Positions 22,874-32,905 of a stretch of DNA of 64,000 bases are shown one piece after another. Position numbers and translations under genes: made by a program. The notes below the pieces were generated by a model. The model searched no databases and was not told the DNA's origin. It saw nothing but the letters and a program-made list of their open reading frames with translations. The stretch is from positions 1,349,331-1,413,330 of the forward strand of contig NW_005202428.1 in NCBI RefSeq assembly GCF_000372725.1, written 5' to 3'. The stretch's first letter is position 1. Each line of letters opens with the position of its first letter. This stretch comes from Emiliania huxleyi CCMP1516. Lineage: Eukaryota.

Positions 22874-24169
22874 TGATTGGCATCGGGTTGCGGGCAAGAG
22901 AGCCCTAGCCCTGGGGGTGCGCGTTCGCAGGGCAAGGGCCGTAAAGTAAACACGAGTCTCCGACCTCCGAGGGTTGGACGGTTTTCATTTCGGGAACTGT
23001 GAGATTTTTGAAACTTTTTTCTTCTTCTTCATCTTGTAAAATTCTTTTTAACGTTGACGCCCAACCCCCGACGGGCGCCTGCCTCCGGGCCATGGTCAAC
23101 GGAGTCCCATCCGATGGCCTACCCTTACCGGATGGCATCGAGCTGGAAGCGGGCAGTGACGTCTATTTCAATGTGGGACCCCCGGCGGATGGATCCGCGC
23201 CTCGATTCAGTCTGCTGGCGCAACGCGCCTCTCGGTGTCGTACTGCTTCCGTGGCAACAGGGTGGTAGCGTCCATCACCGCCACACAGTGCAACGACCCA
23301 TCAGTCATCCTGTTCCGTCCCCCGGCGGAGGAGGACAAGGGCAAGAAGAAGAAGCGGCTGCGGGAGGTGGGAACCGCGTCTGGATACGCGGCCAGTGAGT
23401 ACACGACCGCTGCCCCCTCAGGGGAGGCGTGGCGCTCACCACTGCAGGCCGGCCGGTCCTGGCACAGGGTGAGCGGAAGCCCGCTCGAGCGTCACAGGCT
23501 CAGCAACTTTTGCAAGAAGGCGCTGTCGCACCTCGAGACCTTGTACGGCAGCCTGGACTCTGCCTGGCATGCGGGGTGGCGCTGGGAGGCGGCGCCGCGG
23601 GGGATGACAGTCGGGCACAAGCACCTCTTCTGGGCACCAAAGGCGAGCCACCCCTCCAAGCCTAACGGGGTAGTGCCTAGCACCTCTTCTGGGCACCAAA
23701 GGCGAGCCACCCCTCCAAGCCTAACGGGGTAGTGCCTTTACGGCATGGGTACCCTAGAAGAGGGTCCCCAGCACTTTGCGTTTCCGGAAATTTCCAGGGA
23801 AACTAGAGGGTGTTTGGTGCTCCATTCTGGCAACTCTGGAGTTTCCCTGAGTCTGAGAGCTGGTCTGGGGCAAAATCTGAGGCGAAACCGAGGAACTCGG
23901 CAAAATACCCAGCCGCTCGCAGGGTAATTTCCAGGTAGACTCATTTTGCCGCCTGGGCTGATTTTGGATTTCCACGGAGTTTCCTCGGGAAACCAGAGAG
24001 GAAACGAGAGGGTGCTGTGGTGGAGAAACACGGAAAGGAAACGAGACGGGGTGCGCGAGGAAACATGGATACATTGATTGGCGTCGGGTTACGGGCTAGA
24101 GAGCCATAGCCCCGGGGGTGCGCGTTCGCAGGGAAAGGGCCTTAAAGTAAACACGGGTCTCCGAGGGTT
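22874..24169 (+). repeat. ~95-bp direct repeats (22874-22975, 24075-24169) around 1.1 kb with decayed coding sequence and an internal ~59-bp tandem duplication
   Basis: tgattggc.tcgggtt.cgggc.agagagcc.tagccc.gggggtgcgcgttcgcaggg.aagggcc.taaagtaaacacg.gtctccga appears twice; gcacctcttctgggcaccaaaggcgagccacccctccaagcctaacggggtagtgcct is repeated at ~23621 and ~23680. Confidence 0.9.
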
Positions 24170-24430
24170 AGCTCCGCGCTCCGGGTTTCCCCTCGCAGCA
24201 GACCGCCCCCTCTACTCGGAGCTATAATGAACACCAGACATGAACACGACACGCACTCTCACACTTCGTCAACGCGCAGGGCACCTTCGCGCGGGGTCTT
24301 CATCCTCACTCCGGAGGAGGCCCCCCCCTCCTCTGAGTTCTTCCTCTTCTTCGCCTTCCGTGAGCCCGATATTTTTTCTCTCTCTCTCCAAATTTGCGCT
24401 GGAGGTGCGGCCACCCTGAGGAGGAGAGCG

Positions 24431-25552
24431 ATGGACCCGGACTGGACACCGCCTCGCGGGGGCCAGCGATACGGCGAGGAGAGAGGCGGCAGCGGCGCTC
24501 CGTGCGTGACGACGAGGCGTTCGGCCGCAGCAGGCTCGTCCTCACAGGCGGCGTGGCAGCCGAGCCCCGGGGCCGACCTGTCGAGCCACCACGACGATGA
24601 CCTCTTCAGCGACACGGACGGCTCGGACGAAAACACGGACGAGGAGGAGGAGGAGACGCCGCCCGCCGCCCGCCGCACGCCGCACGCCGCGGCCGTCCGC
24701 CGCCGCCCGCAGGCCGCTGGCAAGCGCAAGGCGAAGGCCGCGCCGGCGTGCGAACAGGAGGATCACAGGGCGCGGGCGAGGGAGCTCGCCGAGCGGCGGC
24801 GCAAACGGCACGAGGCACTGCTGCCGCCGCAAAAGGAGCTGCGCACAGCGGAGGCGCGCCGCTTGCGAGCGGAGAGCGAAAGGCTGCCGCAGCCAGCGCC
24901 GGACGACGCCGAGGCGTGCGGCACCTTCATGGACTCGGTGCTGGGCAACTATGTCTGCAGCCTGCGCGTAGAGGGCGAGGCGCGGGGCGCGACGGCGAGG
25001 GCGGGCTTCACGCGCACGGAGACCCTCGTCGCCGGCATGCCGGTCCCGCCGCGGTGCCGGTTTGTGGCCGGCTGGGACGCAATCAACGCCGCGGCGCAGG
25101 CGGCGGCGGCGCGCCAAAAGGAGGCCGCGGCGGCGGAGCTGGCGCGGCCGCCGGTGGCGGAGGCGGAGGGGCTGCGGCTGCGCCTCTCGGGCAGCAACAG
25201 CACCCGCTACAGGGGCGTGCGGGGGGTTCCGAATGGCCGCTTCCAGGCCAGGGGTCCAAAGGTGGACGGCAGGTCAAACCTCGGCACCTTCCACACGGCG
25301 GTGGAGGCGGCGGTGGCGTACGCGCGGGCGGTCGGCGAGGAGGGGGCGCCCGCGGAGGAGGCGGAGGGGCTGCGGCTGCACCTCTCCAGCAACAACGTCA
25401 CCGGCTACAGAGGCGTGCACGAGAACTTTGGCCGCTTCCGGGCACAGCGCGTGGCGGACGGAAGGCAGGTACATCTCGGCACCTTCGACACGGCGGTGGA
25501 GGCGGCGGTGGCGTACGCGCGGGCGGCCGGAGAGGCCCCAGCGGCGACGTGA
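24431..25552 (+). CDS. Protein with two tandem AP2/ERF-like DNA-binding domains
   Basis: Two copies of EAEGLRL(R/H)LS..N.T.YRGV...GRF.A....LGTF.TAVEAAVAYARA; acidic and basic N-terminal region. Confidence 0.85.
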   Translation: MDPDWTPPRGGQRYGEERGGSGAPCVTTRRSAAAGSSSQAAWQPSPGADLSSHHDDDLFSDTDGSDENTDEEEEETPPAARRTPHAAAVRRRPQAAGKRKAKAAPACEQEDHRARARELAERRRKRHEALLPPQKELRTAEARRLRAESERLPQPAPDDAEACGTFMDSVLGNYVCSLRVEGEARGATARAGFTRTETLVAGMPVPPRCRFVAGWDAINAAAQAAAARQKEAAAAELARPPVAEAEGLRLRLSGSNSTRYRGVRGVPNGRFQARGPKVDGRSNLGTFHTAVEAAVAYARAVGEEGAPAEEAEGLRLHLSSNNVTGYRGVHENFGRFRAQRVADGRQVHLGTFDTAVEAAVAYARAAGEAPAAT

Positions 25553-26145
25553 GGGTGGGGCGCACAACGCCGCGGTGGCGTACGCGGCGCTCGCCGAGGA
25601 GGTGAAGGACCTCAAGGACAACGAGGTCGCCGCCAAGGAGCGCATCCTCGCGCGGGCGTCGGTCAGCTCCTCGTGACTCCGGCTAGGGCCGTCAGATCGC
25701 TGATGCACGCCCCCTCTCGCCCCGCGACTCGCCGTCCCTCTCGCTCGGGGGGGCCAACACGACACTAGTCTAAGTCGTCGAGTATCTTTTACGTTTGTCT
25801 GTGTTGTCGCCATTTGTTTCTGTCGGGGGTACACATTCCGAGCTCCGTCGCAAAGTTCAGGCTGGCCTGGCGCATTGTGTCGTCCGTGGCGGTGGGCAAG
25901 CTCTTTTGCTCGAGGATCCGGGTTACCTCCATGCTGTGCTGACGCATGGGGCTGTAGCGGCAAGAACTCGCCATCGCGTCACACACACGTCGTGCCGGAG
26001 CTCGTACGTCCCGTCGCGGACATCAAAAAGTAAAAGATTTACACGGTCGAATTTCGATATTCAAGGTATGTTCGAGAAGATAACAGAACTTTGGTGTTGG
26101 TGACGGGTAGCGAGATAGCCAAGGGTGAATGAAAGCACCATCAAG

Positions 26146-26415
26146 CACCAAGCTGCTCTACGGCCCCGGAATCGCCTCCCCAGGCTTACCTAGCGTCCTA
26201 GACTGAGGAGGAAAGAGAGATATTGTGCACCTCCCTGGTCAGTCCCTACAATCCACACACGGACATTTACCCTCCCAGTGGACCAGAGCTCGTCCCCGGT
26301 CCATCAGGGACGGCCAGGCGTCACAAACAAGCGACGAGCAAGTCCGACCGCAGAGCACCGGGACGCGGTCGGCGATCTGTGAGGCCCAACTAGGCGCGAG
26401 AGGTATGCATCTTGC
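26146..26415 (-). mobile_element. Repeat family A, degenerate copy with many short insertions
   Basis: aagctgctctacggccccgg, ctagactgag, gatattgtgcac, agagcaccgggacgcggtcgg and gaggcccaactaggcg are reverse complements of copy-1/2 blocks in collinear order. Confidence 0.75.
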
Positions 26416-26910
26416 CCCGGTCGATAACGCAGACCAGTCGAAGAACGAAGGGCTATCAGACATTCACAGATCACACCACCGCACCCCTGACCAGACACCA
26501 CCTGGTGCTGGACCTGCGACCTGTCTCCTGTGGACCCACATGTACATGTTGTTTGCATCAACAAAAGAACACAACTTCACGCATCATTCGGGGCCTTGAT
26601 TTGCCAAACATACCTACAACATCAACAAGGTTTATGCTCCTCTTCAGAAGAAAATACCGCTCGACCGGACCTCAGAGTACAGCATTATTTTGGGGGATTT
26701 GTGCTCTCTGGCCATCATGATAAGTATCATGAGCGCGCGCAGCAGAGTGGGGCACATGCAGGGCCCTGTTCTCCGAGAGAGACAATATCCATGGCAAGCG
26801 TAATGGACAGGCGGCCTGCGCCTCGCTGTGCGCCCATGTGGCGTGGCTGGTGAGTCAGACGAGGCGCTCAGAGGCTGCCTCGCGCTTTGCGCCGCGTTCA
26901 TGCTCCGCTC

Positions 26911-29140
26911 TCACAGCCAGATTTCATGCCGTGACTCCGATCTCAGATCCTCGCTTTCTTGGCGAGCCAAGGTGCGGTTGTACTGCGGACCATAGTCCCA
27001 GCTCTTCGTCGGTCGCGATTCCCCGTTGCATGCGAAGGAAGAGGCGCACGTGCGGGACGGCGCACCCCGCGGCTGCCCACGTCACGATCTCGCAATTGCA
27101 GGGCGTCTGCTCGTCGCCGCAGTTGGCAAAGTAGAGCGCGAGGCCGCCGCCGTTGGGCTCGGGCACGAGGCACCACTTGGAGTTCACCCCGTCGATGTCC
27201 ACAGCGTACCTCTCAAAGAAGCTCGAGGCGTACGCGCGCTCGGCCTCGGCCGTCTCGATGAGGCGGCCCGTCAGCTCGATGAGGTGCCCCTCCGCGAGCG
27301 GCGCACTCGTGAAGAGGCCCTCGCCTGCGCTGCCGGCCGACGCCACGTAGAGCACATCGTACGGCGCGATACGCGCCGCCCAATCCATCGGGATGGTGGG
27401 GTAGGCGATGTCGAAGCAAGTGCCGTCCAGGCTGCGCATGTAGTTGCAGCGCCGGTCAGCGGCGCGCACAGTTTGCGCGCTCTCGGCAGCAATCTGTGCG
27501 CCGCCGGCTGAGCTTGAGCCCACACTGGCACCGCCGCCTGCCGTGGCATGCTCGGGTAGGATCACCCACTCGCCGGAGGGCAGCAGCTTCTCAACGGCCG
27601 GCGAGTAGTTGCCACTCAGCACAGTCGAGTGGCTGCCGGCAAAGAGCGAGCCGCTGAAGACAAAGGCCGTTGCGTTGCGGCGCGCTTGCTTCAGCGACGG
27701 TGCCGGCTGCCAGCCGCCGTCCATCGTCAGCTTCTCGACCGTGCTGAGTGGCTGACCGTTTGAGCTGGCCCCGCCGATGACGTACAGATCGCCATATCGA
27801 ACACCACGGCAGCAGCGTCGCACCGAGGCTCGAGCATGGCCGGGCCTTCGACCCATGCACCGCGGTCGGGGTGGAAGATGTCGCAGCGGGCGAGGCACTC
27901 GAAGGTGTCGCCGTCGGCGCTGCTGCGGCTCAGCCCGCCAGCCACGATCAGCGTCGCGCCGAAGCTCGCAACCACAGCGTTGCTGCGGCCCAGAGGGATG
28001 GGCGTTGGTACGCCGTACCACGTGCCGGGCAGCGACCCTGCGAGGTCCCAAGGAACCGGGGGCGCCGGGATGAACACGCACATGGCAGCGAGCTCGTCGG
28101 TGGTCTCGGGTGGGTGCGTGTTCGGCGTGGGAAAGAGCAAGCGCTTTTGCGAGCGAAGGCCGGCGTTGACGGCGTACAGGTTGCCGTTGAGCGCGACGAG
28201 GGCCGGCATGAAGGAGCCACCTGCGACGAGGTCCTCACCAGCGGCCGCCTCAGCGGACTGCCACGACGACGACGGCTGCCACGTGCCCATCGCCGGATCG
28301 AATGCGCGCAGCAAGAGAGTGTCCTCAAGTCGAGGCGCGGCCTCGCCCTCGGAGACTGAAATGGCAACGCAACCTCGAAGGACGAACATGCGCCCGTCGA
28401 CGACCGCAGCGCGTTCACCGCGGACTGCGTGACGCCGATGTCGAAGCCTCGCGGTGCGCGCCCCGACATGAGGAGCGAGAGCAGCCGTGGCAGCGATACG
28501 GCGTTGAAGGCCGGTTGGGTGGCCACGAGCAGCTCGAGGTCGCGCCGCGCCGCGCGTAGCGCCTTGGCGTAAAGCTGCGGCACTTCGTAGGTGTCTGCGA
28601 AGGTCAGCAGTTGCAGGGCATTCGAAGCGTTCACCTGGCCGCAAAGCTCCGACTCGACAATTTTCAGCAGCGGCGTCACCTGGAAATACGCCGCCGCCTG
28701 CACGAGCTCGAGAAGCATCTCGAGAAGCATGTCATCCTCAAACGGGAGCTCCACTTCCGACATGTACATGAAGCGGAGCACGGCTTCGAAGATGTCGGCG
28801 GTAATCTCGGGCAGCGTGACGCTGCAGGCGTTGCTCTCCTGCACATGCCGCAACTGAAGAGATTCTGAAAGTACGGCGAGGCAGAAGCGAGCACGACGCG
28901 GTGGACTTGAAAGGCGCGGTGCTGCACATTGATGACGGCGTCGGTGAACTCGCCTTGCTGCTGCCGCGTCCACATCTCGCGTGCATTCTCCGTCAATTTG
29001 GGCGATTTGAGAACCAAGTGCAGCGGAGGACGGGCGGGGCCGGTGGCGGGGGCCGACTTGCGCGCCGCCTTGGTGGCGAGCTGCCTGCGGGGTGCATCGC
29101 CGCCGGTGGACTTGCGTGCTGTCTGCTTGGTGCGTGCCAT
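26911..29140 (-). pseudogene. Histone H3-tail / BTB / BACK / Kelch / SET-like fusion gene with ~4 frameshifts
   Basis: [81 protein letters not shown]; Kelch LIVAGG, LYVIGG, W...P.M..PR; SET-like GEGLFT, YFAN, and GIATDEEL followed by WDYG in a shifted frame. Confidence 0.85.
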
Positions 29141-29171
29141 CCGTCAGAGCCTGGCGGGAAATTTTGGGGAG

Positions 29172-29808
29172 TCGTCTCAGTCTCACGTGAATTCGTCCCT
29201 GTCTCACTCTCAGCGTCTCAGCGGTGTCTCAATAGATCCATCACTCCGTCTCACTTCCTCTCACTTCCGTCTCTGACTGCCTTCTCGTCCGTCTCAGCGC
29301 GGCAGGCCCGAGAGTGCCGAGATTGCCCAAGATAACCCGTGCAACCTCATGAGGTGGTCGGGGCAGTGTGGCAGGCGCCCGAGAGTACCCGAGATCGCCC
29401 TCGTGATGTGGTCTGATGTGCAGTGGTCACCTCGGGGCAGTGGCAGGAGCCCAAGCACGCAACCTCGGGCAATCTCGGGTATTCTCGGGCGCCTCCCACT
29501 GCCCCGACCACATCACGACGTTGCACGGGTACTCTCGGGCAATCTGGGCACTCTCGGGCACTCTCGGGCGCTCTCGGGCGCTCTCGGGCACTCTCGGGAG
29601 CCTGTCGCGCTTGAGACGGACGAGAAGGCAGGAAGAGACTGCAGTGAGACGGAAGTGAGACGGAGTGATGGATCTATTGAGACACCGCTGAGACGGCAGG
29701 AAGGAGAGACGGAAGTGAGACGGAAGTGAGACGGAGTGATGGATCTATTGAGCCACCGCTGAGACGCTGAGAGTGAGACAGGGACGAATTCACGTGAGAC
29801 TGAGACGA
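29172..29808. mobile_element. ~640 bp foldback (near-palindromic) element
   Basis: tcgtctcagtctcacgtgaattcgtccctgtctcactctcagcgtctcagcggtg is reverse-complemented at the right end; inner arms (gtggtcggggcagtg / cactgccccgaccac) also pair. A 12-bp direct repeat cagagcctggcg lies just outside, at 29145 and 29823. Confidence 0.85.
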
Positions 29809-29943
29809 ATCAACGTGACGCCCAGAGCCTGGCGTCGAAGCGGGTTGTCGGATTCTTTTATCTACCGCTGTTTCTTCCCTCCTCGCACCAACCGGGGCCC
29901 TCCACCGGCGCTTGGCTGAGCGCCGTCCACGAGACAGACATAT

Positions 29944-30864
29944 ATGCCTACGCCTCCTCTGGCCTGCGCCGTGTACATCTCCTCGGGCCTGCCGTCGATC
30001 GCCGCGCGGGCCTCTGCGGCTGCACGCGCCGCCGCGGTGCCCGGCGAGTGCGCCGTCGTTGACACTTTCTGCGATGCCGCCTACGCCCGCTCCTCGGTGA
30101 AGCTAGTCGGCTCAGCTGCGCCGCTCCTCCGTGCAGCACGCGCGGCGGCGGAGGCAGCACTCTCGGCCGTGGACCTGTCGCTCGAGCCTCACCCGGCGCC
30201 ACACCCGAGGCAGGGCGCCGTCGACATGGTCGCCTTCATGCCGCTGTCAGAGGAGCGGTGCGAGGCCATCGCCGGGCAGCTCGAGTCGTGCGACGACCTC
30301 GCGTGGCAGCTGGGAGCGAGCCTCGGTGGGCTGGGCGTGCCGGTGCTCATGTACGGCGGGCGTGCGGGCCGTTCGTTGCTGGCGACCCGCCGAGGCACCT
30401 CCTTCTTCGCCTCGACCCGGCGGGCGGCGCCGCGGGAAGCTGCGGCGGAGCTGCCGTTCGACTTCGGGCCGGAGGAGCTGCCGCAGCGTAGTGGCGTGAG
30501 CATCGTCGGCGCGATGCCGTACGTCACAAACTACAACATCCAAGTCGAGGCGGCGACGCTTGCCGACTGCCGCGTTGCTGCGGCCGCGGTGCGGGAGGAG
30601 TTTGGGGTGCAGGTGATGGCGCTGCCGCACGAGGAGGGGACGCACGAGATCGGGTGCAACCTGCAGGCGGCGCGAGGGCGCGACTCGCCGCCCACCCGCC
30701 TGGTGCTCGAGGCGGTGCGAGCGAGCCTGCCGCGGGGGGCGCAGGTGGCGAAGGAGTACGTCGTCGGACTGACGCCGGGCGAGGCGCTGGGCCGCTTCTG
30801 CGGAGAGACTGCCGCTCCGCATCCCAACGCGCCGTGGCGGTACGACTGCTCGTTGGACTCGTAG
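29944..30864 (+). CDS. Glutamate formiminotransferase domain protein (FTCD N-terminal type)
   Basis: CAVYISSG, DTFCDAAYARSS, AVDLS...HPRQGAVDMVAFMP, VPVLMYG, DFGP and IVGAMPYVTNYNI. Confidence 0.85.
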   Translation: MPTPPLACAVYISSGLPSIAARASAAARAAAVPGECAVVDTFCDAAYARSSVKLVGSAAPLLRAARAAAEAALSAVDLSLEPHPAPHPRQGAVDMVAFMPLSEERCEAIAGQLESCDDLAWQLGASLGGLGVPVLMYGGRAGRSLLATRRGTSFFASTRRAAPREAAAELPFDFGPEELPQRSGVSIVGAMPYVTNYNIQVEAATLADCRVAAAAVREEFGVQVMALPHEEGTHEIGCNLQAARGRDSPPTRLVLEAVRASLPRGAQVAKEYVVGLTPGEALGRFCGETAAPHPNAPWRYDCSLDS

Positions 30865-31209
30865 CCGCGAGGTTTACGAGATGGTGATGGTGTCGCACGC
30901 ACATCAGGGTCACACACGCAGTCGCAGACGAGATGAGCACCATCAAATGTCCATGCTTGTGGTTGTGCGCTTGTGCGAGACAGTCTCAGTTGGCCTTGGG
31001 ACGCTGAAAAACAAAAAAGCTGTTTCGAGTTTGGAATACGCCGTGTTGGGTGTGTGAGGCGCAGGCGGTCCCCGCCGTTCCAGCTCTTCCTAAGTTAGCC
31101 CCTAAGCGACTACCCACTCTCCGAACGGGTCGACGTGTAATCTCTCTCTCTCTAGTAGCTACCTAGCGTTTAACCTACTGTCCACTATATGAAAGCGGTG
31201 TGGCCCCGC

Positions 31210-31670
31210 GTGAACAGCAGGGCCAGCTCCCGACCACGGCGCCGCAGGCGCCTGTTGATAGGTCCAGGTGATAGCCCTGGATAGGCAATGCATACGCCTA
31301 GTTGGGCCTCGGATCGCCCGACCGCGTCCCGGTGCTCTCTGTGGTCGGATTTGTGACGCCGCCGCACCGCGCCGCGGCCGGGCCCTCCGGAGGCCGAGGA
31401 TGGCCGTGACGGACCGGGACGAGCTCTGGGAGGTTTAGTGTCAGCGTATATATTGTAGAGACCAACCATGTGCACAATATCTCTCAGTCTAGCTAAGCCT
31501 GGGAAGGCGATGCCGGGGCCGTACAGCAGCTTGGTGGTGCTTCGCCGGCGTGCGTCCCGGAGCGACCGTCCCGGACGGGCGGTCCGGGGGAGGAAAACTC
31601 AGGGCAACGCCGACACCGCTCTGACGACTGTTTACTTCAAACAAAGACAGTCGCACGCGCCGCAGCGCGG
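31210..31670 (+). mobile_element. Repeat family A, copy 2
   Basis: Collinear with 8620-9050 over ~430 bp; ends in the hairpin gacagtcgcacgcgccgcagcgcggcgcgtgcgactgtc. Confidence 0.85.
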
Positions 31671-31844
31671 CGCGTGCGACTGTCAGGAGCGGATCCGTCG
31701 CAGTTAGTCGTGTTCACGCCGGCTAGTGATTTCACTGTGGCACAGCTCGCGTTACAAAACCTTGGTTTGACCATTTGCGCAAAAAGGTACATGTCGGTGC
31801 CTTCCGGAGGCAGCTGCGACCGCCGCCGAGTAGACGGTGCACAC

Positions 31845-31944
31845 NNNNNNNNNNNNNNNNNNNNNNNNNNNNNNNNNNNNNNNNNNNNNNNNNNNNNNNN
31901 NNNNNNNNNNNNNNNNNNNNNNNNNNNNNNNNNNNNNNNNNNNN
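31845..31944. other. Assembly gap (100 N)
   Basis: Run of N. Confidence 1.
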
Positions 31945-32537
31945 TGCCTCTGACCGCCACCGTTCCCAGGCTGCCTAATGGGATGGAAAGGAAGGCTCGG
32001 CGAGCGTATAGAGGCGTGCTCGACCTCGTCGTGGCAACCTGTACGGCAGCGCTGGTAGGCGCGATGAGCGTCGTGCCACCTGACCCGAGACGGGTCGCAG
32101 GCGTCGTACCGAGCGCGTCGAGACCGTGTCCTGATGTGATCTGTACGGGTGAGTCACGTCGGCGTCAAAGGAGCGACGTGCGACCTGTCAGAGCTCTATC
32201 TCCGATCGCAGCTGCCTCTGCGCGTCCTGGGGATGTACCTTTGTCGCGCGCCGGAGACGACTCGACGCCGCTGAGATCGGAGATCAAGCTCTGACAGGTC
32301 GCACGTCGCTCCTTTGACGCCGACGTGACTCACCCGTACAGATCACATCAGGACACGGTCTCGACGCGCTCGGTACGACGCCTGCGTCCCGTCTCGGGTC
32401 AGGTGGCACGACGCTCATCGCGCCTACCAGCGCTGCCGTACAGGTTGCCACGACGAGGTCGAGCACGCCTCTATACGCTCGCCGAGCCTTCCTTTCCATC
32501 CAATTAGGCAGCCTGGGAACGGTGGCGGTCAGAGGCA
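31945..32537. repeat. Long inverted repeat: 251-bp arms, 91-bp spacer; left arm runs into the gap
   Basis: 31945-32195 is the reverse complement of 32287-32537; two mismatches seen. Confidence 0.95.
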
Positions 32538-32905
32538 AAGCCTGCGAGGGGTGGTGGAACCACATGTCACGGCTGCTGCCGGCTCGACCCCACGCGGATA
32601 GCCTCCGAAGGCTGACTTTGCGGCACCATCATCGGACGATGTCGACGAGTTGGATCGCTCTCGCGGTAGCCAGATGACCTCCCATACTTGATATCACATG
32701 ACACATCGGCCAGAGGGCCGCAGGAAGCGCGGGGGAGGGCGCTGGGAGCAACACGGAGCTCCGTTGGAGACGTTTTCAAGAGATTACATAGCGTGTCAGA
32801 GTGAAATGGGTAATGGCACTAGCCGCCGGGATCGTGTCAGTGTCCTGACTAACCTGGGCACAGACTTTCGGCTTGGACAGTAGTATCTAGTTAAAGCGCA
32901 GCTTT

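Noticed and set aside
29040..29140. A true histone H3 gene
   Set aside because: Similarity stops at G33; no histone fold follows, and the frame continues into BTB.
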